Positions 35,673 through 48,200 of a DNA stretch of 64,000 nt are shown here, one piece after another. Source of the DNA: Cyanophora paradoxa CCMP329 (lineage: Eukaryota > Plantae > Glaucophyta). The notes under the pieces are model-generated. The model did not search any database, was not told the origin of the DNA, and saw only the letters and a program-made list of their open reading frames with translations. Within the stretch, counting starts at the first letter, position 1. Each line of letters opens with the position of its first letter. The stretch is from NCBI GenBank assembly GCA_004431415.1, contig QPMI01000645.1, forward strand, positions 1 to 64,000, in the 5' to 3' direction. The translations under genes were made by a program, and so were the position numbers.

Positions 35673-36229
35673 TGGTAGGGGGTACTGCATTCGTGCTGCG
35701 TTCGCTACGCTCACCCCCGCGGCCTCCGGCGGCGGTACCCGGCTTCGGATCCCCGAACCCGGAAGAAACCGCGTACCCCTCCCCGGGGTACGCCGTTCGC
35801 CCCAACCGGCCCCACAAGGCGCGGCCCGAGGCCGAACGCGTACCCCGGAGAGGGGTACGGCGTCAGAGCGGCCCCGATCAAGTGTACCCCGAGCGGGGTA
35901 CCCCGATCGGCCCCGCGACGGCCCCGAGCGGAGTACCCCGAGCGGGGTACACCGTCTCGACCCGCAACGGCCCTCCCCGGGGTACAGGCGCCTAGCACGC
36001 TTACCCCGGAGAGTTCTTGTTCCGGAACTCGCAAGGGCGAGGCCGGAATGGCATACGGCGATCCGCCCTGGTCGATCGCCAACGTATTATGATACGTGGT
36101 TCCCGGGAAAGCAGCCTTGAGCTGCCGTACCTCAGGGCCCAACCCGATGCGCTATCCCGTGCATCTAGCTAAGTAGTGTCAGGCGTAAGATAGCTAGGTC
36201 TTCTGCATTCGAATGAAGCGAGGCGTAAA
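35673..36229 (+). repeat. Split direct repeat B2 (3' terminus of copy 1)
   Basis: Direct repeat of B1, ending GGCGTAAA. Confidence 0.92.
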
Positions 36230-39200
36230 TGGCAGCAGCACGCAGGCGGCGCGAACCGGAACACCGGGCGGCCGGGGGGCGGCGGAGGCCGGCGGGACGA
36301 CCCGCGAGGCCCACTCGTCTGTTACAACTGCGGCAAGGAGGGTCATGTGGCTGCGCGCTGCCCCGACCCTCCGCGGGAGCGGCGTGGAGGAGGCGACTAC
36401 CGCGCGGTGCAGCCCCCGGCGCAGGCGAATTACGCGGCGACGGGCGCGAACGCGACTCCGACGGCACCGGCCCAGCCGCCGATCTCGCAGGAGCAGGTCA
36501 ACTCGATGCTACAGGTGGTCCAGGCGGCACTCCTGAACAAGGCGGGCACCAACGCGGTCGCCGCCAACACTCCGGAGGCCGAGGCCCTCTGTAGGGAGGT
36601 CATCCGACAGTACCTCCAACGCATGGCCGAGGAGAAGCTTACGGGATCAGAACGCCGGCGGAGGAGGCGAGCAGCACGCGAAGCGGTGGACGCGACGGCT
36701 GCGGGTGCGGAGCAGCTGGAACTGCGGACGGCCAGTTGGGAAGACGACGGACGGATGGAGAGGCAGTCGGACGGCACGCCGTCATCCAACTGGGCTACAC
36801 CGGCGGGCTCGTCGGGATCAGCATCGCCCATGTCGACGGGCACACCGCGCGGACGGGAGCCGATGGTAACGGACGGCGCTGCGGCCGGGCTCGCCCAAAC
36901 CGCACAGCCGGACGGGACCTGTGACGACGCGACGGACCCACTGCACGGACCTGAGACGGCAACAGTGAACGGCGCTGCAGTCGGGCTCGCCCAAACTGCA
37001 CAGCCGGACACGACGCCCGTCAACACGGCGGCGACGGAGACGGGACCGACCGACCCCGCGTCAGAGCTCGCTCGAAACGCGCAGTCAGAGTCGGCCCCAC
37101 TCTCTACGTTCTTCACTTCCGTGCTGGAACGGGCCCGACGAAGCTTCGCGGCCCTGCACATCCGCCTCCAAGGCGAGGCAGTCATGCCGGAGGAGGAGCG
37201 CACCGCTGCTCGGCAGGAGCGGGAAGAGGACGACCCGGGGTCGGGGTCGGAGGACGCGGAGAACGACAGCCTCGACGGCGGGCCACTGCGCCTCCGAGGA
37301 GGAGGAGGCAGCAATACGCCAACCCCGGACGGAGGCGACGACGCCTTCAACTCGGAGGCAGTCCAAGACGTTATCGACCCGATGCCGCCGCTCACCGCAC
37401 TGCCGGCACCCGTGCCGCTAGGCCCGGGCCAGATCGAGCTCTTGGGCGTGGCGGTCGACCCGGCGGAGATGGCCGCGGCGGAAGAGCAGGACGACCCGCC
37501 TCCGCTCTGGCGCTCCGACGACGAGGCGAGAGGCGACCCGGACTCCGACGACGACCTCTATCCACCGACGGGGACGTACCCGAACGGCTACGACAGCGAT
37601 TGCAGCTCGACCGCATACTACCCGACTACGATGCTTGACATCGAACTCGCCGACGCACGAGCAGCAGCGGCTCGGCGGGGCGTCACAGTGGAGCAGCACC
37701 TGGCGGAGCAGCTTGCGGAGGCTGAGGCGGCACTTGACCGCCCCCAGAGCCCCAGCGACGTCTGGGCGGGCGTGGCCGCGAGGATGTCGCCGGGCAGCGA
37801 GCGCGCCCCGGGCAGCATCAGTACGTACGTCGACGAGTGGCTCCTGGGGATCGCAATGACAACGGAGGCGAACCCGGCGGCGGACACAGCTACACCGGCG
37901 ACACCCGCGGCTGCGACGGTCCTCCGGGCACGGGCCCGCCTGCTGGCAGGACGAGCGATCGCCGACAGAGCCGCACGCCACCGCACGGACGCTCGCGACA
38001 CCCAACGCGAGCTGCAGGGCGACGCGACGGCGCGCGACGACGTTGCGGATCAAGTACACGACGGCCTCATGCAACCAGCCGTGCTCCGCCTGATTGCTCA
38101 GGAGGCCGCGAGGAGGGTGATTGGGGCGCGGGCGGTCGATCGCGGGACCACGTACCAGGCCGCCCAGCAGACGATCAGAGGCGACGTCACGGCGGAACGC
38201 GAGCTGACAGAGGCTGTCCTGGCGGACCTGCGGCAGTGGCGTCAGACAGGCGCAGCGGCGGAAGCGACGGCAGCGGTCACGGAGGCCTGCAACACCCCCA
38301 TGTTGTACACGGTCTACGACACCACGTCTGGCTTCCTCAACCCGCCCCAGCAGACGCCTACGCTCATCGCCCCTCCCGCGCGCCTTCTTCACCCGGGAGT
38401 CATGCCCTTTGGTTCGAGCTCGGGGACGAGCACAGGGCTGTACGACCGAACGGTGGAGGACGTGCTCGCGATGCAATTAGCGGGGCTGCTGGATGCTGAC
38501 GGACAACCCACGGCAACTGCCGACGCTGACCGTGACCAGACGCGGGAGACGGACGCGGCCGAAGTGCCGTATACACCGACGTTCGCAGAGGGGAGGACAC
38601 GCGTCGAGATCATCGCGAACCTGCTGCGAGCGGTCGAGAACAGACTGGAGACCATGCCGCCCCCGCCGCCTCTCCCGCACATGCCCCCGATTCACTACGT
38701 CGACGACGAGGCGATTATCCAGGGTCAGGCTGAGACCATCGTGGACGCCATCATTGCTACGCTCCGACACCGCGTGGATGACCCGCGCACGGAGCTCCGG
38801 CGACGCTTGGGGGATGAGCTCTCGAGGTGGACGGGGGGGCCGTATATCGTTTACCACAATCGGGGGCAGATTGCACGGCTCCATGCAGCTTTCCTACGGG
38901 CACTCGATCGCATCGCCATCATGCAGCAGTGCCGCCCACCACCACCGCCGCGCCCGCGGCACGAATCCGACGACGACGAGGATGACCTCAACGGCTTCGG
39001 ACCCTCCGACGCGGCTACCAAGTCGAACGCGGGACGGACGGCACAAACCACAGCAACGACTGCGAGCGGCTCGGGGAGACGCCGGCCGTCCCCGCTGGAG
39101 GAGGTGGACCCGCTGGAGACTCTCCTGGAAGTCTTCTACCAAGCCAAGCTAGCAGTGCACGCAACTACGGATGCGCCAGACACCGCGGGCACAGTACTGC

Positions 39201-42200
39201 GTCTTCGCGGAGGAGCGGGCAAGCGGACCCGGTCGACCGCAGGCATCAGCTCAGGCGAGGACGACCCGCCACGGCAGCGCCCAAACCGCCCACCGACGCC
39301 AGCCGTGACGGACCCCGCGCTCGGGCTCGCCCAAAGCGCGCAGGCCGTGATGACGACGGCGTCAGCAGAGGCCGCAGAGTTGCAGCGCGTGGAGAAGTTG
39401 GCACCCGCTGGCGAGCAGTGCCTGATGACGGCGGAGGCCGCGGAGACGCAGCGCGCGGAGGGCGCGGAAACGCCACCTGCAACGGACCCCACGTTCGGGC
39501 TCGCCCAAAGCGTGCAGGCCGTGACGGCGGCGTCAGCAACGGAGGAGGACGCGAAGGCGTTGGCACCCGCTGGCGAGCGGTGCCCGACGGCGGCAGAGGC
39601 CGCGGAGACGCAGCGCGCGGAGGGCGCGGAAACGCCACCTGCAACGGACCCCACGTTCGGGCTCGCCCAAAGCGTGCAGGCCGTGACGGCGGCGTCAGCA
39701 ACGGAGGAGGACGCGAAGGCGTTGGCACCCGCTGGCGAGCGGTGCCCGACGGCGGCAGAGGCCGCGGAGACGCAGCGCGCGGAGGGCGCGGAAACGCCGC
39801 CTGCAACGGACCCCACGCTCGGGCTCGCCCAAAGCGTGCAGGCCGTGACGGCGGCGTCAGCAATGGAGGAGGACGCGAAGGCGTTGGCACCCGCTGGCGA
39901 GCGGTGCCCGACGGCGGCAGAGGCCGCGGAGACGCAGCGCGCGGAGGGCGCGGAAACGCCACCTGCAACGGACCCCACGTTCGGGCTCGCCCAAAGCGTG
40001 CAGGCCGTGACGGCGGCGTCAGCAACGGAGGAGGACGCGAAGGCGTTTCAGTTGGCACCCGCTGGCGAGCGGTGCCCGACGGCGGCAGAGGCCGCGGAGA
40101 CGCAGCGCGCGGAGGGCGCGGAAACGCCGCCTGCAACGGACCCCACGCTCGGGCTCGCCCAAAGCGTGCAGGCCGTGACGGCGGCGTCAGCAATGGAGGA
40201 GGACGCGAAGGCGTTGGCACCCGCTGGCGAGCGGTGCCCGACGGCGGCAGAGGCCGCGGAGACGCAGCGCGCGGAGGGCGCGGAAACGCCACCTGCAACG
40301 GACCCCACGTTCGGGCTCGCCCAAAGCGTGCAGGCCGTGACGGCGGCGTCAGCAACGGAGGAGGACGCGAAGGCGTTGGCACCCGTTGGCGAGCGGTGCC
40401 CGACGGCGGCAGAGGCCGCAGAGACGCAGCGCGCGGAGGGCGCAGAAACGCCACCTGCAACGGACCCCACGCTCGGGCTCGCCCAAAGCGTGCAGGCCGT
40501 GACGACGGAGGCGACGGCAGCGGAGCCAGGCGGCGACGTCGTAACAACACCACCACCGGACGCCCCACAAGAGCACACGTACTCTCCGAACTCGCCTTCC
40601 CATCCGGATCACCCCATGAACATCACGAGGATGGAGATCGACTCGCCGTCAGAGCACACGCATGACGAGGCGGAGCACACGTGGGAGGCGAATTATCGAC
40701 GACGGCTGAAGACGGGCCAGACGATTAACAACGACACTCGATACCGTGCACTCGCAGAGTACACGATGGACAAGTACGGAGTCCCGCGGTCGTCAAACGT
40801 GAGACGCCAGGTGGCGGACGGATTGATGCGCAATATGGACCCCCCACCCCGAACGGCACCAGCCCACCAGGCCCTACACCCGGGCAACGCGGAACTGATT
40901 GCGGAACTCACACGGGCGGACGCGGGCGAACTGCTCAACGCCCATGCAGGCCCGATCGACGAGCGGTGGCTTGGGCTGTGGGGGAGGTTGACATCAGACG
41001 GACGTTGGCGACTCCTCCAGTGGACGGCAATGGAACGCAACGTCGACACGGCTACGCTGGCCGCGCAAGAACACCGAGAACGAGCGGCGAAGTTCGCCGA
41101 GATCCAGGCGGCGGGCGGGGGCCGGCGGATGCAGGAAGTCGAGCGGGGCGAGGAGCCACGCGCGTGGGAGACAACCGTGGCGGCGGACGTCGCGCGGGCT
41201 TACGCGGTCCACCGGGGCATCGACAAGGAGATGTCTACCGCCGGGATCGGCGACGGCAACGTGGAAGAAGCCCTGAGGTCGCTGAGCTCTCGTGAGGCCG
41301 GCTACTACAGGGTCGTCAGTCGGGCGGTCTTCACGATGCTCGGAACCAACACGGTCTGGAACCCGCAGTGGATCACGGGAGGACGCCCGGGGGGCCCCCC
41401 GCCGACCCACTTACCACGATCCATGAGACCAAAGGAGCGGTCGATGATGGACTACGAGTTCACGAACCCATCGCAAGAGGAGGGCGTTCGCGAGCGGCAG
41501 ATCTGGCAACACCTGGCGCCGCTGATGGAGGCCGTCAAGCCGTGGGTTGGACTCACGGATACAGCCCGCTTCGGAGCACTCGCTGCGGAGGCTGACAAGC
41601 GACGTGTCTCGGTGGAACAGCTGCCGGACATACTGATCGAGGAGTGGGGACAGCTCTGCGACCTCGCGCGGCAAGCAGGCTACTTGCGGTGGGAGCGCGT
41701 TGCAACGGGCGCGGATAACCCCAGGCACCAGCACGTCGCGGTGGCCGACATTTTCGTCCAGACACTCGACCTTCTCGGCCGCCTGGACCACGAGCGGGAC
41801 CGGTACCACCCGGGCCAACCCTGGTTCAAGGTGTTCCGAGCGCTGGCGGCCGAAGAAGCGGGTTATGGGAAGGGGAGGCGGGCGCGAGAGCTGTACGAGC
41901 AACTCGCAACCCTACGGGACTCCGTCACAGGACGTGCTGAGACGGAGACGCTACTGAAGATGTACCGCGGGGAAAACGGCTGGGACGGCTGGCAGTACCG
42001 GCTGCCGCACGCAACGGCGTCGGTAGAATTCTCAACGGTCTACACGTCGCGCGACCTGAACAAGACGCGAACGGGGGAGAGGCCGTACATCGACAGGGAC
42101 CTGACCGAGCCATTCCGGATGGATACCGAACTCCCCAGGCGTGACTTCAGCATCTGGATGGCGCGCCAATCGCGTTATGTACGTGACGGGAAGAGCCTTC

Positions 42201-45200
42201 CCTCGCCACCGCTGAGCCGACACTGGGGAGAGGGCGCGTACGGCACAGACAAGGAGAGTCTCGTGGTCACGACGCAAGTGGAAGTGCAGGCAGCACTACT
42301 ACACGCCAAGCTTCCACAGTTCAGGCGGGCAATGGCAGCACTGATCATGACGGGGTTCTCGGGCTTCGTCGACCCCTTTGTCGAAGCGCCGGAGCGGCGT
42401 TGCAGCGGGGAGATCAGCGACGCGGCATGGCGCGACTCGGCCAGGCAGGGCCTTTCGTGCCTCGGACACGATAGCCTTCTCGCACTGTTCGGCGTCGAGA
42501 TGCGCGAGATCGGACACTTCACCAACGCAGTCGACAGCATCATGCCCACGCTCGTCGCGTTGGGTATCGAGCTTGGCAGACGGCTGAATGGCGAGCGTCA
42601 GCGACGCGGGCGAGGCGCCCCCATCCAGTTCGACACGGGGCTTCTCGAAAAGGCGCTAACGTCCCAAGCAATGGATGAGGCAGTCGAGGAAGCTACCCGT
42701 TACGTCATGCTAGCGGCAGCCACGATGGAGACGCCGCCAGCACTGGAGGAGTGCCCCGACGCCGAGGTCGCTTTGCGACTCCGTACGCACGCGATAACGT
42801 GCGGACTGTCACTCTTCCTCGCGGCGCGGGACCCGAGGGCGGAAGGAGGTCTCCAGTGCCCTCGCACACTGTGGGACTCGAAGGGCAGCGAGGTCGAGTG
42901 GGTGGACGTGCTCAACACGAACCGAGCGTTCGACTACGACCTCCCGGACGGGTTCCTGGTGACGTTCCTCGTGGAGATCTGCGAGAGCTTCTTGACGGTG
43001 GCGCGGTATGCACGCACAATCGACGGGCGTACACCGACGATCGCTTCGGTGGCTGCAGCGGAGGACAACGAGAGTAGGGCCCTCTTCACGCGCACCAGGC
43101 CTAGCTTGCGCACGGGCCGCACAAACGTGAACCTCGAGGCACTCTCCTGGAGCACTGCCTTCCGTACGGCACTCGGCTTCACGGGCAAAGCGCACCTGTT
43201 CTGCGACCTCATGGAGGAGTTGCTCTACGTGAATGCGATGGCGGTGGATGTACCGTTCAGATTGGTCGACGGCGACTTACGGGACGGAGCACGACGGGAG
43301 GCGATTGCCACCTACCTGCGCCAACGGCGGGTGATCCCCGTACACTACAGATTCGTGTCTCGCGAGAGCAAGACGCGCGCGATTGTGCACCTCACGTACT
43401 CGGCGGGGCTGGCACGGCTGCGTCGGGATCACAACGTCATCCGTGACAGCATTGCCATGCTCGCCATCGAACTGCACAACGACCGGGAGGAGGGGAACAA
43501 GCCGAACGCAGCGTTCAGTTGGGCTCCGCAGCCGCCCCAGGCCCCCATGCACCTGGCAATTCACGATCCCGATGTCACGTGGTACGCGGCGCCTTTTCAG
43601 TCGACACCGTTCATCCTTGGCCGGCGGGGGGAGAATCTCCGGCTAGTTCCCATCGCAGTGGCGATGACGTCGCTCAGGACCCTCTTGCTCAGAACGGTCA
43701 CGGAGCGGCTGCGCGAGTCCATGACAACGGCGATTGCGACAGCGACGGGCGAGTCGGACCCGCACAGCGCGAAGGCGCAGCAGGCTGTACGAGTACTGAC
43801 TTCCTGGATCATGGAGATGGCGGCGTCGCCCTTCAAGGCGTACACGGTCGCAATGATTGTGGGCCACCCAATGCAATTCTTCACTCTCCTGCGCACGCTC
43901 CATCGCGAGCAGCTGCAGCACGGCAACGAGGGACTGCAGCGTTACCCGCTGACTCCGAACCGGCAACTCCCCGTCGTCATGCAAGGGCGGCGGCAGGACT
44001 GGGAACGGAACATCCCGCTACACCACTTGCCCGTACGCTCGGCAAAACCCGGCGCCTGGCCGTACTACGCGGGCGCCAACGCTTTCGGTCTCCCAACGGT
44101 GATGGAGGGGGAGATGAACGAGACGGAACGCCGAGTTATCGTGCACTTTGCGCTACGTCCGGCCCCGAACGTTGCAGGACCAAGCGGCGGCTCTGCGACA
44201 ACGGTGGCGACGCTATCGCCCCCTCAGGACGCTCGGCCTGAGAGCGCGGCAGTCGCCCTCGTGGCGAGCGGCGACCCGGCCCGGATTAACACGAGCCGGC
44301 GACCTGCGAAGCCCCACGAGGTGACGGCCGTCGACATGCTACTCCATGGAGGGCCACTGGCACAGGCCGTCGGCAAGCAACTGCAGCACGGGGACGGCGC
44401 GTTGACGGCAGACGACAGAGCAATCCAGCAGGACCTGTTCGTCCCGACACCTCTCCCACGCCACGACGTCGACACGGATCCCTTGCTCCTTCGGGATCAG
44501 CCGGCGAGCGGCTACTTCCACTACACCACGTGGAGACGCCTGCACGAGCGGGCCGAACCGGTTGACGGTGCCATCGCCGCGGCGTTCGAGTCACAACGGG
44601 CACGGGCACCTCGCATCCAAGGGCGGCTCTTCCAGCAGGCGATGGGCCAGCTGCTCGGACAGCCAACAGGCCCGCGGGCCAGACCGGGGGAGGAGCGCGC
44701 TGGAGCGCCAAGCGCCCGGCCCCTGGCCGAGGCCCCGCAACGCCGGCGGAGGCGCCAGCAGCCACAACCGGAGGACCAGCCCTGGGAGCGTTACGATGCA
44801 CTGGGACGGGTGTGCATCAACGGGGACGAGCTCACGCTCTTCACGGACGTCAAGGCGGGGACAACGGCGCTGCAGAGCCGGTTCGAGTACAGGGCTCCGA
44901 CGCGGACGGCGCTGGCCTGGCAGCATCCGAGTCATCCCACCTCCGCCGAGGAGCTGACGACGGACCACGGATCCGTGTTCGACCCGGCCCGCGACGACGA
45001 CATTCATGCAACGATGGTGTTCGAGGTGCAGTTGCCAACGACAACGGAGCGACACTGGCTCGGGACGGACGACGGGACGGGCCACGACCTTCTTCTCGGG
45101 TTCTCGCATGTCCCCGACCCGCATCGGGAACTGACAGCGGTCGCCCACCTGGCTTCCTGCTTTGCCACGACAGCCTTGCGCGTCCACTTGGCATTCCCCT

Positions 45201-48200
45201 TGGTAGCCTGGCTATTGAACGCACTGACGGGGCTACCAACGAGCGTGGAGGCGGCAGCTCACAGTTGCAACCTGCCGACGGGATTGGGGGCGTACGACAT
45301 CCTGATGGTTCGCGAGACGAAGCTGCGGCAGTACGTCTGCGCCAGCGACACGCTCCGGGCGGTCATGATGCGCGAGATCGCTGTCTGGTACAACGCCGGG
45401 ACCATGCTGAGCAGAGTCGTCGCATTCCTGCAGGACTTCAACAAGCCCGGCGTGCTCAACCGCCACGACTGGCCCTGCTCGACAGAGTTGGAATTCCAGA
45501 CGGCGGATCCGCGACAGGTCCACGTCGCCCCGCAAATCTACCCCTGCTTCCTGGGTGACGTCTGCGTGCACCCGGTGCCCAGCGAGCACTTCGAACACTA
45601 CAGCCCGACTAACCCGCAACGGACACCGCTCGAGCCCGACGTCGGGCGGGAGATGTTCCCAATCGACCTGCAGAATGAGGTCATGCCGCCGGCTCGTGTT
45701 ACGCTGAGCTCAAAGACGCGCGAGGGCCAACAGAGATTCCAGCAGTACGCCGTCCAGCAAAATGCGTTCACACAGCGACTTCTCGGGCTCCGGGAAGAGC
45801 GCTCGGAATTTCCAGCAGCTCTGACCTCGTTCGGGCACTTCGTCGGGGCGCACGGCGTTATCGTGAGCGTGGGTAGTTGCGTGAATTCACAAACACGTGA
45901 CGAGTTGTACGAACAAGGGGGAGTGACCGAGCGGCAAGCCCGTCGTTGTCCGCGACACCCGGAGGTCTTTGCGGTCCTCGGATTCCGACGCGAAGTGGTA
46001 CGCGCACAGATCAGCTCGGGGTTCATCCTGGCTGCGGTCATGCAGCTGCACGCGAGCAACCCGCGGCTTTCGACACCGATGCCAGCGGAGGTGGCGGATC
46101 ACATCCAGCAGCGCTGCTGTTACATGACGGGCTACCCGGCGTATGTCGAGGCCGTGCCCGAAGCCACTGAGAGCGACATGTGCGACGGCACGTACCACGT
46201 GCAGCCGGCACTGATGAACTTCCTCACGAGACATGGTTTCACCTGCCCGGAACCATCAGTCTTTGCGGAGAGCATCCGGCTGGGCATCATGCAGGCGGCG
46301 ACTTTCTTCCGCGGCTTCCGCTTCTACAAGCCTCGTCGGCCCGTAGATCCATGCACGCTGGACAACATGATCGCGGTACCGGTGATGCGGGCGTTCACGA
46401 TTACCGCGGACGGCGACGGCAACCAGCAGACACACGTCGACGCGTCGCAACTGGAGGAGGTGGCCGATCGGTTCGCGCTGATCTTCGACCGCTGGTGGAG
46501 TATGGGTGAAGCGCACGAGGGAGCGGCGTTGGACCCGCTCCATACGTCACTGTTCCCCATCCTCCTCGACGAGATGCTGCAAGGGGAGAACAGCGCCTTG
46601 TGGACAGAATTCACCACGTGGCTACGTGACGCGTACGGGGACGAGGCCCTGCACATCACCCACGCGGGCCCGCTGGTGTACCACGAGGCGCAGGCGGGAC
46701 CGGAAGGGCACCCGGAGGGTGTGGCAGAAGACACCAGCCTGCGCCTGCGGGCGACTAACCCGCTCCCGTACTACCTGCACTCTGCGCCCAAGCGGCGTGG
46801 CGACGCGTTCATCGACTGCAGTCTAGTAGGAAGTGGGGCCAGGGAGCTGGCGGACTACACGGTGTGGATTGCTCTCCCGCCCGAACCGGAAGCTGGCGGA
46901 ACTGGAGACGACGACGACGACGGGGCGGATGGAGGCGACGGAGGTCAGGGTGGCTCTGGGCGGGGGCCGCGACGCCGACGGGCAGGCCGGACTCAACGTC
47001 CGCCGCCCTCGACGGACGAGACAAGCTCACAGGCGCCCACCTCGGCAACGTCGGAAGGGTCGAAGCGGGCGCGCACTCGGATGGGGCGCAAGCTGCAGAG
47101 ACGCCTCGCGGCCAGCGCCAAGGCGACGGTGGGCACAACAGGCGGAGCGCCAACAGCGTCATCAACGACAGATTCGACGTACGGGGGCTCGACATCTACG
47201 ACAACAGCGTCGTCAGCGGCGACGACGATGTCGTCATCGGCGTCGGTCTACAGCTCGGAGACTGGGGACACAGCGTCGTCGGTGTACGTGACGGCACCGT
47301 CCGAGTCGGAGGCGGCAACAACAGCACCACGGCGAGTTGCACGAGCGCTCATTCCTACATCACTCCGCGCCATCGCGAAGTACATGCTCTCGATAGACTA
47401 CACGGACCTGCAGTTCGTCACGTTTCTCCAAACAGCAACGCGATGGACGAAGTACCACGGCTCGGGGCAACTCCTCCTCTTGGCAGGAGCAGGGGCGTCA
47501 ACGACCGGGGAAGGCGGCGCCTGGTACGACCGGGACTTCGTAACGCAAGTCGACGCGATCGACTGGACGAGTCTACGGCTCTCTCATAGCCTCGTCTACA
47601 CGCGCATGATTCACTTGGCGGCGTACATCGCACGGAGGACGGCGCGATGGGCCGTGGACGGCACAGATTCTCGCTCGGCGGCGCGGAAACTGGAGGTGCA
47701 CAGGCAGGCGGTCTTCTACGTGACGGTAGTGAGCAACGCGTGCGGGCGAACGACGCGGGAAACTCTCCTGGCCAAACGCGTACCCCGGCTCGTCCCCGCC
47801 GCGGCCTGCATTGATCTGCCAAAGGAGGCGGCGCTGACGGCGCCGGACACGGTCACGTGGTACACGAAGCGAATCCTGTCGGTGACGCCACTCGAGTTCG
47901 ACGGAATCGTGAGCCAGCTGTGCACGTTCATCAACGCTTGCACAGATGCAAGCTGCGCCCTGCCCTGCGACGTCCAGAACCCCGTGTGCGTGGCGACAGT
48001 GGATCGCCGACTCGTGGCACGAATGTATGAAGGGCGTACACCGGAGGCAGAGCTGAGGCGGATCCCGGACCTGATCCACGAGGTGCAGAGTGACCTCACG
48101 GTGCTGCAAGGACTCTACGAGACGACGCAGCGAATCCAGAAGGAGCTCGGCCGCCCCGCACGCAACAGCGATTTGGCGCTGGAACTCGCGGTCAAGGAAT

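Larger units (their letters stand above)
24670..36229 (+). mobile_element. Non-autonomous split-direct-repeat element copy 1 (11,560 bp; A1-satellites-B1-A2-spacer-B2), TOC1/PAT/Ngaro-like
   Basis: Termini TCGGGATTTGC...GAGGCGTAAA; no TSD; removal restores the gag frame; a second copy lies at 50945-61815 in reverse; no credible coding domain. Confidence 0.85.

Noticed and set aside
25500-36200. Numerous Arg/Pro/Ala-rich ORFs in the inserted element, mirrored at 51000-61800
   Set aside because: They are translations of GC-rich tandem repeats in all frames with no recognisable domain; no YR or RT motif was found.
24670-36229. Canonical Helitron tandem (5' TC start, head-to-tail junction)
   Set aside because: No 3' CTRR, targets are not A^T, and the same A..B-A-B layout is in both copies, which fits split direct repeats better. 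A rolling-circle origin is not fully excluded.
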